DNA from: Eledone cirrhosa
Taxonomy: Eukaryota
NCBI GenBank assembly: GCA_964016885.1
Contig: OZ024745.1
Span: forward strand, 42,284,001 to 42,348,000
Length of the DNA stretch: 64,000 bases
Direction: 5' to 3'
Made by a program: the position numbers and the translations under genes. Below the pieces are notes generated by a model. That model made no database searches, was not told the origin of the DNA, and saw nothing but the letters and a program-made list of their open reading frames with translations. Positions within the stretch are counted from its first letter, which is position 1, and the number at the start of each line of letters is the position of its first letter. Below, one piece after another: positions 26,221 through 41,300 of the stretch.

Positions 26221-29200
26221 GGCAATAGAATGCAGAGTGACTCCTGGCTTCAGTGAAGTATAGTCTAACCATTGTTGCAGATGACTAGATGACTAGGCAA
26301 TAGAATGCAGAATGACTCCTGGCTTCAGTGAACTATAGTCTCAACTTATTGCAGATGACTAGATGACTAGGCAATAGAATGGAGAGTGACTCCTGGCTTC
26401 TGTGAACTGTAGTCTAATCATTGTTGCAGATGACTAGATGACTAGGCAATAGATTGCAGAGTGACTGCGGGCTTCAGTGAAGTATAGTCTCACCTTATTG
26501 CAGATGACTAGATGACAAGGCAAAAGAATGCAGGGTGACTCCGGATTTCAATGAACTATAGTCTCACCTTATTGCAGATGACTAGATGACTAGGCAATAG
26601 AATGCAGTGACTCCTGGCTTCAGTGAAGTATAGTCTAACCATTGTTTCAGATGACTAGATGACTAGGCAATAGAATGCAGAATGACTCCTGGCTTCTGTG
26701 AACTATAGTCCCACCTTATTGCAGATGACTAGATTACTATGCAATAGAATTCAAAGTGACTCCTGGCTTCAGTGAACTATAGTCTCACATTATTGCAGAT
26801 GACTAGAAGACTAGGCAATAGAATGCAGAGTGACTCCTGGCTTCTGTGAACTGTAGTATAACCATTGTTGCAGATGACTAGATGACTAGGCAATAGATTG
26901 CAGAGTGACTCCGGGTCCAGTGAAGTATAGTCTCACCTTATTGCAGATGACTAGATGACTAGGCAATAGAATGCAGAGTGACACCTGGCTTCAGTGAACT
27001 ATAGACTCACCTTATTGCAAATGACGAGATGACTAGGCAATAGAATGCAGAGTGACTCCTGGCTTCTGTGAACTATAGTCTCACCTTATTGCAGATGACT
27101 AGATGACTAGGCAATAGAATGCAGTGACTCCTGGCTTCAGTGAAGTATAGTCTAACCATTGTTGCAGATGACTAGATGACTAGGCAATAGATTGCAGAGT
27201 GACTCCGGGTTTCAGTGAACTATAGTCTCACCTTATTGCAGATGACTAGATGACAAGGCAATAGAATGCAGAGTAACTCCTGGTTTCAGTGAACTATAGT
27301 CTAACCATTGTTGCAGATGACTAGATGACTAGGCAATAGAATGCAGAGTGACTCCTGGCTTCTGTGAACTATAGTCTCACCTTATTGCAGATGACTAGAT
27401 TACTACGCAATAGAATGCAGAGTGACTCCTGGCTTCATTGAACTATAGTCTCACATTATTGCAGATGACTAGAAGACTAGGCAATAGAATGCAGAGTGAC
27501 TCCTGGCTTCTGTGAACTGTAGTCTAACCATTGTTGCAGATGACTAGATGACTAGGCAATAGATTGCTGAGTGACTCCGGGTTCAGTGAAGTATAGTCTC
27601 ACCTTATTGCAGATGACTAGATGACTAGGCAATAGAATGCAGAGTGACTCCTGGCTTCAGTGAACTATAGTCTCACCTTATTGCAGATGACTAGATGACT
27701 AGGCAATAGAATGCAGAGGGACTCCTGGCTTCAGTGAACTATAGTCTAACCATTGTTTCAGATGACTAGATGACTAGGCAATAGAATGCAGAATGACTCC
27801 TGGCTTCTGTGAACTATAGTCCCACCTTATTGCAGATGACTAGATTAACGCAATAGAATGCAGAGTGACTCTTGGCTTCAGTGAACTATAGTCTCACATT
27901 ATTGCAGATGACTAGAATACTAGGCAATAGAATGCAGAGTGACTCCTGGCTTCTGTGAACTGTAGTCTAACCATTGTTGCAGATGACTAGATGACTAGGC
28001 AATAGATTGCAGAGTGACTCCGGGTTCAGTGAAGTCTAGTCTCACCTTATTGCAGATGACTAGATGACTAGGCAATAGAATGCAGAGTGACTCCTGGCTT
28101 CAGTGGACTATAGTCGTACCTTATTGCAGATGACTAGATGACTAGGCAATAGAATGCAGAGGGACTCCTGGCTTCAGTGAACTATAGTCTAACCTTATTG
28201 CAGATGACTAGATGACTTGGCAATAGAATGCAGAGTGACTCCTGGCTTCTGTGAACTATAGTCTCACCTTATTGCAGATGACTAGATGACTAGGCAATAG
28301 AATGCAGAGTGACTCCTTGCTTCAGTGAAGTATAGTCTAACCATTGTTGCAAATGACTAGATGGCTAGGCAATAGAATGTTGAGTGACTCCTGGATTCTG
28401 TGAACTATAGTCTCACCTTATTGCAGATGACTAGATGACTAGGCAATAGAATGCAGAGTGACTCCTGGCTTCAGTGAAGTATAGACTAACCATTGTTGCA
28501 GGTGACTAGATGACTAGGCCATAGAATGCAGAGTGACTCCTGGCTTCAGTGAACTATAGGCTCACCTTATTGCAGATGACTAGATGACTAAGCAAAAGAA
28601 TGCAGAGTGACTGCTGACTTCAGTGAACTATAGTCTCACCTTATTGCAGATGACTAGATGACTAGGCAATAGAATACAGAGGGACTCCTGGCTTCAGTGA
28701 ACTATAGTCTCAGCTTATTGCGGATGACTAGATGACTAGGCAATAGAATGCAGAGTGACTCCTGACTTCAGTGAACTATAGTCTCACCTTATTGCAGATG
28801 ACTAGATGTCTAGGCAAAAGAATGCAGAGTGACTCCCGGTTTCAATGAACTATAGTCTCACGTTATTGCAGATGACTAGATGACTAGGCAATAGAATGCA
28901 GAGTGACTCCTGGCTTCAATGAACTATAGTCTCACCTTATTGCAGATGACTATATTACTAGGCAATAGAATGCAGAGTGACTCCTGGCTTCTGTGAACTA
29001 TAGTCTCACCTTATTGCAGATGACTAGATGACTAGGCAATAGAATGGAGAGTGACTCCTGGCTTCAGTGAAGTATAGTCTAACCATTGTTGCAGATGACT
29101 AGACGACTAGGCAATAGAATGCAGAGTGACTCCTGGCTTCTGAGAACTATAGTCTCACATTATTGCAGATGACTAGATGACTAGGCAATAGAATGCAGAG

Positions 29201-32200
29201 TGACTCCTGGCTTCAGTGAAGTATAGTCTAACCATTGTTGCAGATGACTAGATGACTAGGCAATAGAATGCAGAGTGACTCCTGGCTTCAGTGAACTATA
29301 GGCTCACCTTATTGCAGATGACTAGATGACTAAGCAAAAGAATGCAGAGTGACTGCTGGCTTCAGTGAACTATAGTCTCACCTTATTGCAGATGACTAGA
29401 TGACTAGGCAATAGAATACAGAGGGACTCCTGGCTTCATTGAACTATAGTCTCAGCTTATTGCGGAAGACTAGATGACTAGGCAATAGAATGCAGAGTGA
29501 CTCCTCACTTCAGTGAACTATAGTCTCACCTTATTGCAGATGACTAGATGACTAGGCAAAAGAATGCAGAGTGACTCCGGGTTTCAATGAACTATAGTCT
29601 CACCTTATTGCAGATGACTAGATGACTAGGCAATAGAATGCAGAGTGACTCCTGGCTTCTGTGAACTATCGTCTCACCTTATTGCAGATGACTAGATGAC
29701 TAGGCAATAGAATGCAGAGTGACTCCTTGCTTCAGTGAAGTATAGTCTAACCATTGTTGCAAATGACTAGATGGCTAGGCAATAGAATGTAGAGTGACTC
29801 CTGGATTCTGAGAACTATAGTCTCACCTTATTGCAGATGACTAGATGACTAGGCAATAGAATGCAGAGTGACTCCTGGCTTCAGTGAAGTATAGACTAAC
29901 CATTGTTGCAGATGACTAGATGACTAGGCAATAGAATGCAGAGTGACACCTGGCTTCAGTGAACTATAGGCTCACCTTATTGCAGATGACTAGATGACTA
30001 AGCAAAAGAATGCAGAGTGACTGCTGGCTTCAGTGAACTATAGTCTCACCTTATTGCAGATGACTAGATGACTAGGCAATAGAATACAGAGGGACTCCTG
30101 GCTTCAGTGAACTATAGTCTCAGCTTATTGAGGATGACTAGATGACTAGGCAATAGAATGCAGAGTGACTCCTGGCTTCAGTGAAGTATAGTCTAACCAT
30201 TGTTGCAGATGACTAGATGACTAGGCAATAGATTGCAGAGTGACTCCGGGTTTCAGTGAACTATAGTCTCACCTTATTGCAGATGACTAAATGACTAGGC
30301 AATAGAATGCAGAGTGACTCCTGGCTTCTGTGAACTATAGTCTCACCTTATTGCAGATGACTAGATTACTACGCAATAGAATGCAGAGTGACTCCTGGCT
30401 TCAGTGAACTATAGTCTCACATTATTGCAGATGACTAGAAGACTAGGCAATAGAATGCAGAGTGACTCCTGGCTTCTGTGAACTGTAGTCTAACCATTGT
30501 TGCAGATGACTAGATAACTGGGCAATAGATTGCAGAGTGACTCCGGGTTCAGTGAAGTATAGTCTCACCTTATTGCAGATGACTAGATGACTAGGCAATA
30601 GAATGCAGAGTGACTCCTGGCTTCAGTGAACTATAGTCTCACCTTAGTGCAGATAACTAGATGACTAGGCAATAGAATACAGAGGGACTCCTGGCTTCAG
30701 TGAACTATAGTCTCACCTTCTTGCAGATGACTAGATGACTAGGCAATAGAATGCAGAGTGACTCCTGGCTTCGGTGAAGTATAGTCTAACCTTTGTTGCA
30801 GATGACTAGATGACTAGGCAATAGAATGCAGAGTGACTCCTGGCTTCAGTGAATTATAGTCTCACCTTATTGCAGATGACTAGATGACTAGGCAATAGAA
30901 TGCAGAGGGACTCCTGGCTTCAGTGAACTATAGTCTCACCTTATTGCAGATGACTAGATGACTAGGCAATAGAATGCAGAGTAACTCCTGGCTTCGGTTA
31001 AGTATAGTCTAACCTTTGTTGCAGATGACTAGATGACTAGTAAATAGAATGTAGAGTGACTCCTGGCTTCAGTGAAATATAGTCTAACCATTGTTGCAGA
31101 TGACTAGATGACTAGGCAATAGAATGCAGAATGACTCCTGGCTTCAGTGAACTATAGTCTCAACTTATTGCAGATGACTAGATGACTAGGCAATAGAATG
31201 GAGAGTGACTCCTGGCTTCTGTGAACTGTAGTCTAATCATTGTTGCAGATGACTAGATGACTAGGCAATAGATTGCAGAGTGACTGCGGGCTTCAGTGAA
31301 GTATAGTCTCACCTTATTGCAGATGACTAGATGACAAGGCAAAAGAATGCAGGGTGACTCCGGGTTTCAATGAACTATAGTCTCACCTTATTGCAGATGA
31401 CTAGATGACTAGGCAATAGAATGCAGTGACTCCTGGCTTCAGTGAAGTATAGTCTAACCATTGTTTCAGATGACTAGATGACTAGGCAATAGAATGCAGA
31501 ATGACTCCTGGCTTCTGTGAACTATAGTCCCACCTTATTCCAGATGACTAGATGACTATGCAATAGAATGCAAAGTGACTCCTGGCTTCAGTGAACTATA
31601 GTCTCACATTATTGCAGATGACTAGAAGACTAGGCAATAGAATGCAGAGTGACTCCTGGCTTCTGTGAACTATAGTCTCACCTTATTGCAGATGACTAGA
31701 TTACTACGCAATAGAATGCAGAGTGACTCCTGGCTTCAGTGAACTATAGTCTCACCTTATTGCAGATGACTAGATGACTAGGCAATAGAATCCAGAGGGA
31801 CTCCTGGCTTCAGTGAACTATAGTCTCACCTTATTGCAGATGACTAGATGACTAGGCAATAGAATGCAGAGTGACTCCTGGCTTCGGTTAAGTATAGTCT
31901 AACCTTTGTTGCAGATGACTAGATGACTAGTCAATAGAATGTAGAGTGACTCCTGGCTTCAGTGAACTATAGTCTCACCTTATTGCAGATGACTAGATGA
32001 CTAGGCAATAGAATGCAGAGTGACTCCTGGCTTCAGTGAAGTATAGTCTAACCATTGTTGCAGATGACTAGATGACTAGGCAATAGAATGCAGAATGACT
32101 CCTGGCTTCAGTGAACTATAGTCTCAACTTATTGCAGATGACTAGATGACTAGGCAATAGAATGGAGAGTGACTCCTGGCTTCTGTGAACTGTAGTCTAA

Positions 32201-33660
32201 TCATTGTTGCAGATGACTAGATGACTAGGCAATAGATTGCAGAGTGACTGCGGGCTTCAGTGAAGTATAGTCTCACCTTATTGCAGATGACTAGATGACA
32301 AGGCAAAAGAATGCAGGGTGACTCCGGATTTCAATGAACTATAGTCTCACCTTATTGCAGATGACTAGATGACTAGGCAATAGAATGCAGTGACTCCTGG
32401 CTTCAGTGAAGTATAGTCTAACCATTGTTTCAGATGACTAGATGACTAGGCAATAGAATGCAGAATGACTCCTGGCTTCTGTGAACTATAGTCCCACCTT
32501 ATTGCAGATGACTAGATTACTATGCAATAGAATTCAAAGTGACTCCTGGCTTCAGTGAACTATAGTCTCACATTATTGCAGATGACTAGAAGACTAGGCA
32601 ATAGAATGCAGAGTGACTCCTGGCTTCTGTGAACTGTAGTATAACCATTGTTGCAGATGACTAGATGACTAGGCAATAGATTGCAGAGTGACTCCGGGTC
32701 CAGTGAAGTATAGTCTCACCTTATTGCAGATGACTAGATGACTAGGCAATAGAATGCAGAGTGACACCTGGCTTCAGTGAACTATAGACTCACCTTATTG
32801 CAAATGACGAGATGACTAGGCAATAGAATGCAGAGTGACTCCTGGCTTCTGTGAACTATAGTCTCACCTTATTGCAGATGACTAGATGACTAGGCAATAG
32901 AATGCAGTGACTTCTGGCTTCAGTGAAGTATAGTCTAACCATTGTTGCAGATGACTAGATGACTAGTCAATAGATTGCAGAGTGACTCCGGGTTTCAGTG
33001 AACTATAGTCTCACCTTATTGCAGATGACTAGATGACAAGGCAATAGAATGCAGAGTAACTCCTGGTTTCAGTGAACTATAGTCTAACCATTGTTGCAGA
33101 TGACTAGATGACTAGGCAATAGAATGCAGAGTGACTCCTGGCTTCTGTGAACTATAGTCTCACCTTATTGCAGATGACTAGAAGACTAGGCAATAGAATG
33201 CAGAGTGACTCCTGGCTTCTGTGAACTGTAGTCTAACCATTGTTGCAGATGACTATATGACTAGGCAATAGATTGCTGAGTGACTCCGGGTTCAGTGATG
33301 TATAGTCTCACCTTATTGCAGATGACTAGATGACTAGGCAATAGAATGCAGAGTGACTCCTGGCTTCAGTGAACTATAGTCTCACCTTATTGCAGATGAC
33401 TAGATGACTAGGCAATAGAATGCAGAGGGACTCCTGGCTTCAGTGAACTATAGTCTAACCATTGTTTCAGATGACTAGATGACTAGGCAATAGAATGCAG
33501 AATGACTCCTGGCTTCTGTGAACTATAGTCCCACCTTATTGCAGATGACTAGATTAACGCAATAGAATGCAGAGTGACTCTTGGCTTCAGTGAACTATAG
33601 TCTCACATTATTGCAGATGACTAGAATACTAGGCAATAGAATGCAGAGTGACTCCTGGCT
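25990..33660. repeat. ~2-kb block (~25990-27960) duplicated at ~31770-33660 (offset 5783 bp)
   Basis: CCGGATTTCA lies at 26541 and 32324 and CAAATGACGAG at 27018 and 32801. AATTCAAAG and GACACCTGG are shared in the same order. Confidence 0.85.
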
Positions 33661-36600
33661 TCTGTGAAATATAGTCTAACCATTGTTGCAGATGACTAGA
33701 TGACTAGGCAATAGAATGCAGAATGACTCCTGGCTTCAGTGAACTATAGTCTCAACTTATTGCAGATGACTAGATGACTAGGCAATAGAATGGAGAGTGA
33801 CTCCTGGCTTCTGTGAACTGTAGTCTAATCATTGTTGCAGATGACTAGATGACTAGGCAATAGATTGCAGAGTGACTGCGGGCTTCAGTGAAGTATAGTC
33901 TCACCTTATTGCAGATGACTAGATGACAAGGCAAAAGAATGCAGGGTGACTCCGGGTTTCAATGAACTATAGTCTCACCTTATTGCAGATGACTAGATGA
34001 CTAGGCAATAGAATGCAGTGACTCCTGGCTTCTGTGAACTATAGTCTCACCTTATTGCAGATGACTAGATGACTAGGCAATAGAATGCAGAGTGACTCCT
34101 GGCTTCAGTGAAGTATAGTCTAACCATTGTTGCAGATGACTAGATGACTAGGCAATAGAATGCAGAGTGACTCCTGGCTTCTGTGAACTATAGTCTCACC
34201 TTATTGCAGATGACTAGATGACTAGGCAATAGAATGCAGAGTGACTCCTGGCTTCAGTGAAGTATAGTCTAACCATTGTTGCAGATGACTAGATGACTAG
34301 GCAATAGAATGCAGAGTGACTCCTGGCTTCAGTGAACTATATTCTCAGCTTAATGCGGATGACTAGATGACTAGGCAATAGAATGCAGAGTGACTCCTGA
34401 CTTCAGTGAACTATAGTCTCACCTTATTGCAGATGACTAGATGACTAGGCAAAAGAATGCAAAGTGACTCCGGGTTTCAATGAACTATAGTCTCACCTTA
34501 TTGCAGATGACTAGATGACTAGGCAATAGAATGCAGTGACTCCTGGCTTCAGTGAAGTATAGTCTAGCCATTGTTGCAGATGACTAGATGACTAGGCAAT
34601 TGAATGCAGAGGGACTCCTGGCTTCAGTGAACTATAGTCTAACCATTGTTTCAGATGACTAGATGACTCGGCAATAGAATGCAGAATGACTCCTGGCTTC
34701 TGTGAACTATAGTCCCACCTTATTGCACATGACTAGATTAACGCAATAGAATGCAGAGTGACTCTTGGCTTCAGTGAACTATAGTCTCACATTATTGCAG
34801 ATGACTAGAAACTAGGCAATAGAATGCAGAGTGAATCCTGGCTTCTGTGAACTGTAGTCTAAACATTGTTGCAGATGACTGGATGACTAGGCAATAGATT
34901 GCAGAGTGACTCCGGGTTCAGTGAAGTATAGTCTCACCTTATTGCAGATGACTAGATGACTAGGCAATAGAATGCAGTGTGACTCCTGGCTTAAGTGAAC
35001 TATAGTATCACCTTATTGCAGATGACTAGATGTCTAGGCAATAGAATGCAGAGGGAATCCTGGCTTCAGTGAAATATAGTCTCACCTTATTGCAGATGAC
35101 TAGATGACTAGGCAATAGAATGCAGAGTGACTCCTTGCTTCAGTGAAGTATAGTCTAACCATTGTTGCAGATGACTAGATGGCTAGGCAATAGAATGCAG
35201 AGTGACTCCTGGATTCTGTGAACTATAGTCTCACCTTATTGCAGATGACTAGATGACTAGGCAATAGAATGCAGAGTGACTCCTGGCTTCAGTGAAGTAT
35301 AGTCTAACCATTGTTGCAGATGACTAGATGACTAGGCAATAGAATGCAGTGACTCCTGGCTTCAGTGAAGTATAGTCTAACCATTGTTGCAGATGACTAG
35401 ATGACTAGGCAATAGAATGCAGAATGACTCCTGGCTTCAGTGAACTATAGTCTCAACTTATTGCAGATGACTAGATGACTAGGCAATAGAATGGAGAGTG
35501 ACTCCTGGCTTCTGTGAACTGTAGTCTAATCATTGTTGCAGATGACTAGATGATTAGGCAATAGATTGCAGAGTGACTGCGGGCTTCAGTGAAGTATAGT
35601 CTCACCTTATTGCAGATTACTAGATGACTAGGCAATAGAATGCAGTGACTCCTGGCTTCAGTGAAGTATAGTCTAACCATTGTTTCAGATGACTAGATGA
35701 CTAGGCAATAGAATGCAGAATGACTCCTGGCTTCTGTGAACTATAGTCCCACCTTAATTCAGATGACTAGATTACTACGCAATAGAATGCAGAGTGACTC
35801 CTGGCTTCAGTGAACTATAGTCTCACATTATTGCAGATGACTAGAAGACTAGGCAATAGAATGCAGAGTGACTCCTGGCTTCTGTGAACTGTAGTATAAT
35901 CATTGTTGCAGATGACTAGATGACTAGGCAATAGATTGCAGAGTGACTCCGGGTTCAGTGAAGTATAGTCTCACCTTATTGCAGATGACTAGATGACTAG
36001 GCAATAGAATGCAGAGTGACTCCTGGCTTCAGTGAACTATAGACTCACGTTATTGCAGATGAACTAGATGACTAGGCAATAGAATGCAGAGTGACTCCTG
36101 GCTTCAGTGAAGTATAGTCTAACCATTGTTGCAGATGGCTAGATGACTAGGCAATAGAATGCAGAGTGACTCCTGGCTTCTGTGAACTATAGTCTCACCT
36201 TATTGCAGATGACTAGATGACTAGGCATTAGAATGCAGAGTGACTCCTGGCTTCAGTGAAGTATAGTCTAACCATTGTTGCAGATGACTAGATGACTAGG
36301 CAATAGAATGCAGAGTGACTCCTGGCTTCAGTGAACTATAGGCTCACCTTATTGCAGATGACTAGATGACTAAGCAAAAGAATGCAGAGTGACTGCTGGC
36401 TTCAGTGAACTATAGTCTCACCTTATTGCAGATGACTAGATGACTAGGCAATAGAATACAGAGGGACTCCTGGCTTCAGTGAACTATAGTCTCAGCTTAT
36501 TGCGGATGACTAGATGACTAGGCAATAGAATGCAGTGACTCCTGGCTTCAGTGAAGTATAGTCTAACCATTCTTGCAGATGACTAGATGACTAGGCAATA

Positions 36601-36699
36601 GATTGCAGAGTGATTCCGGGTTTCAGTGAACTATAGTCTCACCTTATTGCAGATGACTAGATGACAAGGCAATAGAATGCAGAGTAACTCCTGGTTTCA

Positions 36700-38390
36700 G
36701 TGAACTATAGTCTAACCATTGTTTCAGATGACTAGATGACTAGGCAATAGAATGCAGAATGTCTCCTGGCTTCTGTGAACTATAGTCCCACCTTATTGCA
36801 GATGACTAGATTAACGCAATAGAATGCAGAGTGACTCTTGGCTTCAGTGAACTATAGTCTCACATTATTGCAGATGACTAGAATACTAGGCAATAGAATG
36901 CAGAGTGACTCCTGGCTTCTGTGAACTGTAGTCTAACCATTGTTGCAGATGACTAGATGACTAGGCAATAGATTGCAGAGTGACTCCGGGTTCAGTGAAT
37001 CTAGTCTCACCTTATTGCAGATGACTAGATGACTAGGCAATAGAATGCAGAGTGACTCCTGGCTTCAGTGAACTATAGTCTCACCTTATTGCAGATGACT
37101 AGATGACTAGGCAATAGAATGCAGAGGGACTCCTGGCTTCAGTGAACTATAGTCTCACCTTATTGCAGATGACTAGATGACTAGGCAATAGAATGCAGAG
37201 TGACTCCTTGCTTCAGTGAAGTATAGTCTAACCATTGTTGCAAATGACTAGATGGCTAGGCAATAGAATGTAGAGTGACTCCTGGATTCTGAGAACTATA
37301 GTCTCACCTTATTGCAGATGACTAGATGACTAGGCAATAGAATGCAGAGTGACTCCTGGCTTCTGTGAACTATAGTCTCACCTTATTGCAGATGACTAGA
37401 TTACTACGCAATAGAATGCAGAGTGACTCCTGGCTTCAGTGAACTATAGTCTCACATTATTGCAGATGACTAGAAGACTAGGCAATAGAATGCAGAGTGA
37501 CTCCTGGCTTCTGTGAACTGTAGTCTAACCATTGTTGCAGATGACTAGATGACTAGGCAATAGATTGTTGAGTGACTCCGGGTTCAGTGAAGTATAGTCT
37601 CACCTTATTGCAGATGACTAGATGACTAGGCAATAGAATGCAGAGTGACTCCTGGCTTCAGTGAACTATAGTCTCACCTTATTGCAGATGACTAGGTGAC
37701 TAGGCAATAGAATGCAGAGGGACTCCTGGCTTCAGTGAACTATAGTCTAACCATTGTTTCAGATGACTAGATGACTAGGCAATAGAATGCAGAATGTCTC
37801 CTGGCTTCTGTGAACTATAGTCCCACCTTATTGCAGATGACTAGATTAACGCAATAGAATGCAGAGTGACTCTTGGCTTCAGTGAACTATAGTCTCACAT
37901 TATTGCAGATGACTAGAATACTAGGCAATAGAATGCAGAGTGACTCCTGGCTTCTGTGAACTGTAGTCTAACCATTGTTGCAGATGACTAGATGACTAGG
38001 CAATAGATTGCAGAGTGACTCCGGGTTCAGTGAATCTAGTCTCACCTTATTGCAGATGACTAGATGACTAGGCAATAGAATGCAGAGTGACTCCTGGCTT
38101 CAGTGAACTATAGTCTCACCTTATTGCAGATGACTAGATGACTAGGCAATAGAATGCAGAGGGACTCCTGGCTTCAGTGAACTATAGTCTCACCTTATTG
38201 CAGATGACTAGATGACTAGGCAATAGAATGCAGAGTGACTCCTTGCTTCAGTGAAGTATAGTCTAACCATTGTTGCAAATGACTAGATGGCTAGGCAATA
38301 GAATGTAGAGTGACTCCTGGATTCTGAGAACTATAGTCTCACCTTATTGCAGATGACTAGATGACTAGGCAATAGAATGCAGAGTGACTC
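36700..38390. repeat. Local duplication with a 1035-bp (14-monomer) offset
   Basis: GAATGTCTCC lies at 36757 and 37792 and GTGAATCTAG at 36995 and 38030. Confidence 0.85.
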
Positions 38391-41300
38391 CTGGCTTCAG
38401 TGAAGTATAGACTAACCATTGTTGCAGATGACTAGATGACTAAGCAATAGAATGCAGAGTGACTCCTGGCTTCAGTGAACTATAGGCTCACCTTATTGCA
38501 GATGACTAGATGACTAAGCAAAACAATGCAGAGTGACTGCTGGCTTCAGTGAACTATAGTCTCACCTTATTGCAGATGACTAGATGACTAGGCAATATAA
38601 TACAGAGGGACTCCTGGCTTCAGTGAACTATAGTCTCAGCTTATTGCGGATGACTAGATGACTAGGCAATAGAATGCAGAGTGACTCCTGACTTCAGTGA
38701 ACTATAGTCTCACCTTATTGCAGATGACTAGATGTCTAGGCAAAAGAAAGCAGAGTGACTCCGGGTTTCAATGAACTATAGTCTCACCTTATTGCAGATG
38801 ACTAGATGACTAGGCAATAGAATGCAGTGACTCCTGGCTTCAGTGAAGTATAGTATAACCATTGTTGCAGATGACTAGATGACTAGGCAATAGATTGCAG
38901 AGTGACTCCGGGTTTCAGTGAACTATAGTCTCACCTTATTGCAGATGACTAGATGACTAGGCAATAGAATGCAGAGTGACTCCTGGCTTCTGTGAACTAT
39001 AGTCTCACCTTATTGCAGATGACTAGATTACTACGCAATAGAATGCAGAGTGACTCCTGGCTTCAGTGAACTATAGTCTCACATTATTGCAGATGACTAG
39101 AAGACTAGGCAATAGAATGCAGAGTGACTCCTGGCTTCTGTGAACTGTAGTCTAACCATTGTTGCAGATGACTAGATAACTAGGCAATAGATTGCAGAGT
39201 GACTCCGGGTTCAGTGAAGTATAGTCTCACCTTATTGCAGATGACTAGATGACTAGGCAATAGAATGCAGAGTGACTCCTGGCTTCAGTGAACTATAGTC
39301 TCACCTTAGTGCAGATGACTAGATGACTAGGCAATAGAATGCAGAGGGACTCCTGGCTTCAGTGAACTATAGTCTCACCTTATTGCAGATGACTAGATGA
39401 CTAGGCAATAGAATACAGAGTGACTCCTGGCTTCGGTGAAGTATAGTCTAACCTTTGTTGCAGATGACTAGATGACTAGGCAATAGAATGCAGAGTGACT
39501 CCTGGCTTCAGTGAACTATAGTCTCACCTTATTGCAGATGACTAGATGACTAGGCAATAGAATGCAGAGGGACTCCTGGCTTCAGTGAACTATAGTCTCA
39601 CCTTATTGCAGATGACTAGATGACTAGGCAATAGAATGCAGAGTGACTCCTGGCTTCGGTTAAGTATAGTCTAACCTTTGTTGCAGATGACTAGATGACT
39701 AGTCAATAGAATGTAGAGTGACTCCTGGCTTCAGTGAACTATAGTCTCACCTTATTGCAGATGACTAGATGACTAGGCAATAGAATGCAGAGTGACTCCT
39801 GGCTTCAGTGAAGTATAGTCTAACCATTGTTGCAGATGACTAGATGACTAGGCAATAGAATGCAGAATGACTCCTGGCTTCAGTGAACTATAGTCTCAAC
39901 TTATTGCAGATGACTAGATGACTAGGCAATAGAATGGAGAGTGACTCCTGGCTTCTGTGAACTGTAGTCTAATCATTGTTGCAGATGACTAGATGACTAG
40001 GCAATAGATTGCAGAGTGACTGCGGGCTTCAGTGAAGTATAGTCTCACCTTATTGCAGATGACTAGATGACAAGGCAAAAGAATGCAGGGTGACTCCGGG
40101 TTTCAATGAACTATAGTCTCACCTTATTGCAGATGACTAGATGACAAGGCAAAAGAATGCAGAATGACTCCTGGCTTCTGTGAACTATAGTCCCACCTTA
40201 TTGCAGATGACTAGATTACTATGCAATAGAATGCAAAGTGACTCCTGGCTTCAGTGAACTATAGTCTCACATTATTGCAGATGACTAGAAGACTAGGCAA
40301 TAGAATGCAGAGTGACTCCTGGCTTCTGTGAACTGTTGTATAACCATTGTTGCAGATGACTAGATGACTAGGCAATAGATTGCAGAGTGACTCCGGGTCC
40401 AGTGAAGTATAGTCTCACCTTATTGCAGATGACTAGATGACTAGGCAATAGAATGCAGAGTGACACCTGGCTTCAGTGAAGTATAGACTCACCTTATTGC
40501 AAATGACGAGATGACTAGGCAATAGAATGCAGAGTGACTCCTGGCTTCTGTGAACTATAGTCTCACCTTATTGCAGATGACTAGATGACTAGGCAATAGA
40601 ATGCAGAGTGACTCCTGGCTTCAGTGAAGTATAGTCTAACCATTGTTGCAGATGACTAGATGACTAGGCAATAGAATGCAGAGTGACTCCTGGCTTCAGT
40701 GAACTATATTCTCAGCTTATTGCGGATGACTAGATGACTAGGCAATAGAATGCAGAGTGACTCCTGACTTCAGTGAACTATAGTCTCACCTTATTGCAGA
40801 TGACTAGATGACTAGGCAAAAGAATGCAAAGTGACTCCGGGTTTCAATGAACTATAGTCTCACCTTATTGCAGATGACTAGATGACTAGGCAATAGAATG
40901 CAGTGACTCCTGGCTTCAGTGAAGTATAGTCTAGCCATTGTTGCAGATGACTAGATGACTAGGCAATAGAATGCAGAGGGACTCCTGGCTTCAGTGAACT
41001 ATAGTCTAACCATTGTTTCAGATGACTAGATGACTAGGCAATAGAATGCAGAATGACTCCTGGCTTCTGTGAACTATAGTCCCACCTTATTGCAGATGAC
41101 TAGATTAACGCAATAGAATGCAGAGTGACTCTTGGCTTCAGTGAACTATAGTCTCACATTATTGCAGATGACTAGAAACTAGGCAATAGAATGCAGAGTG
41201 AATCCTGGCTTCTGTGAACTGTAGTCTGAACATTGTTGCAGATGACTAGATGACTAGGCAATAGATTGCAGAGTGACTCCGGGTTCAGTGAAGTTTAGTC

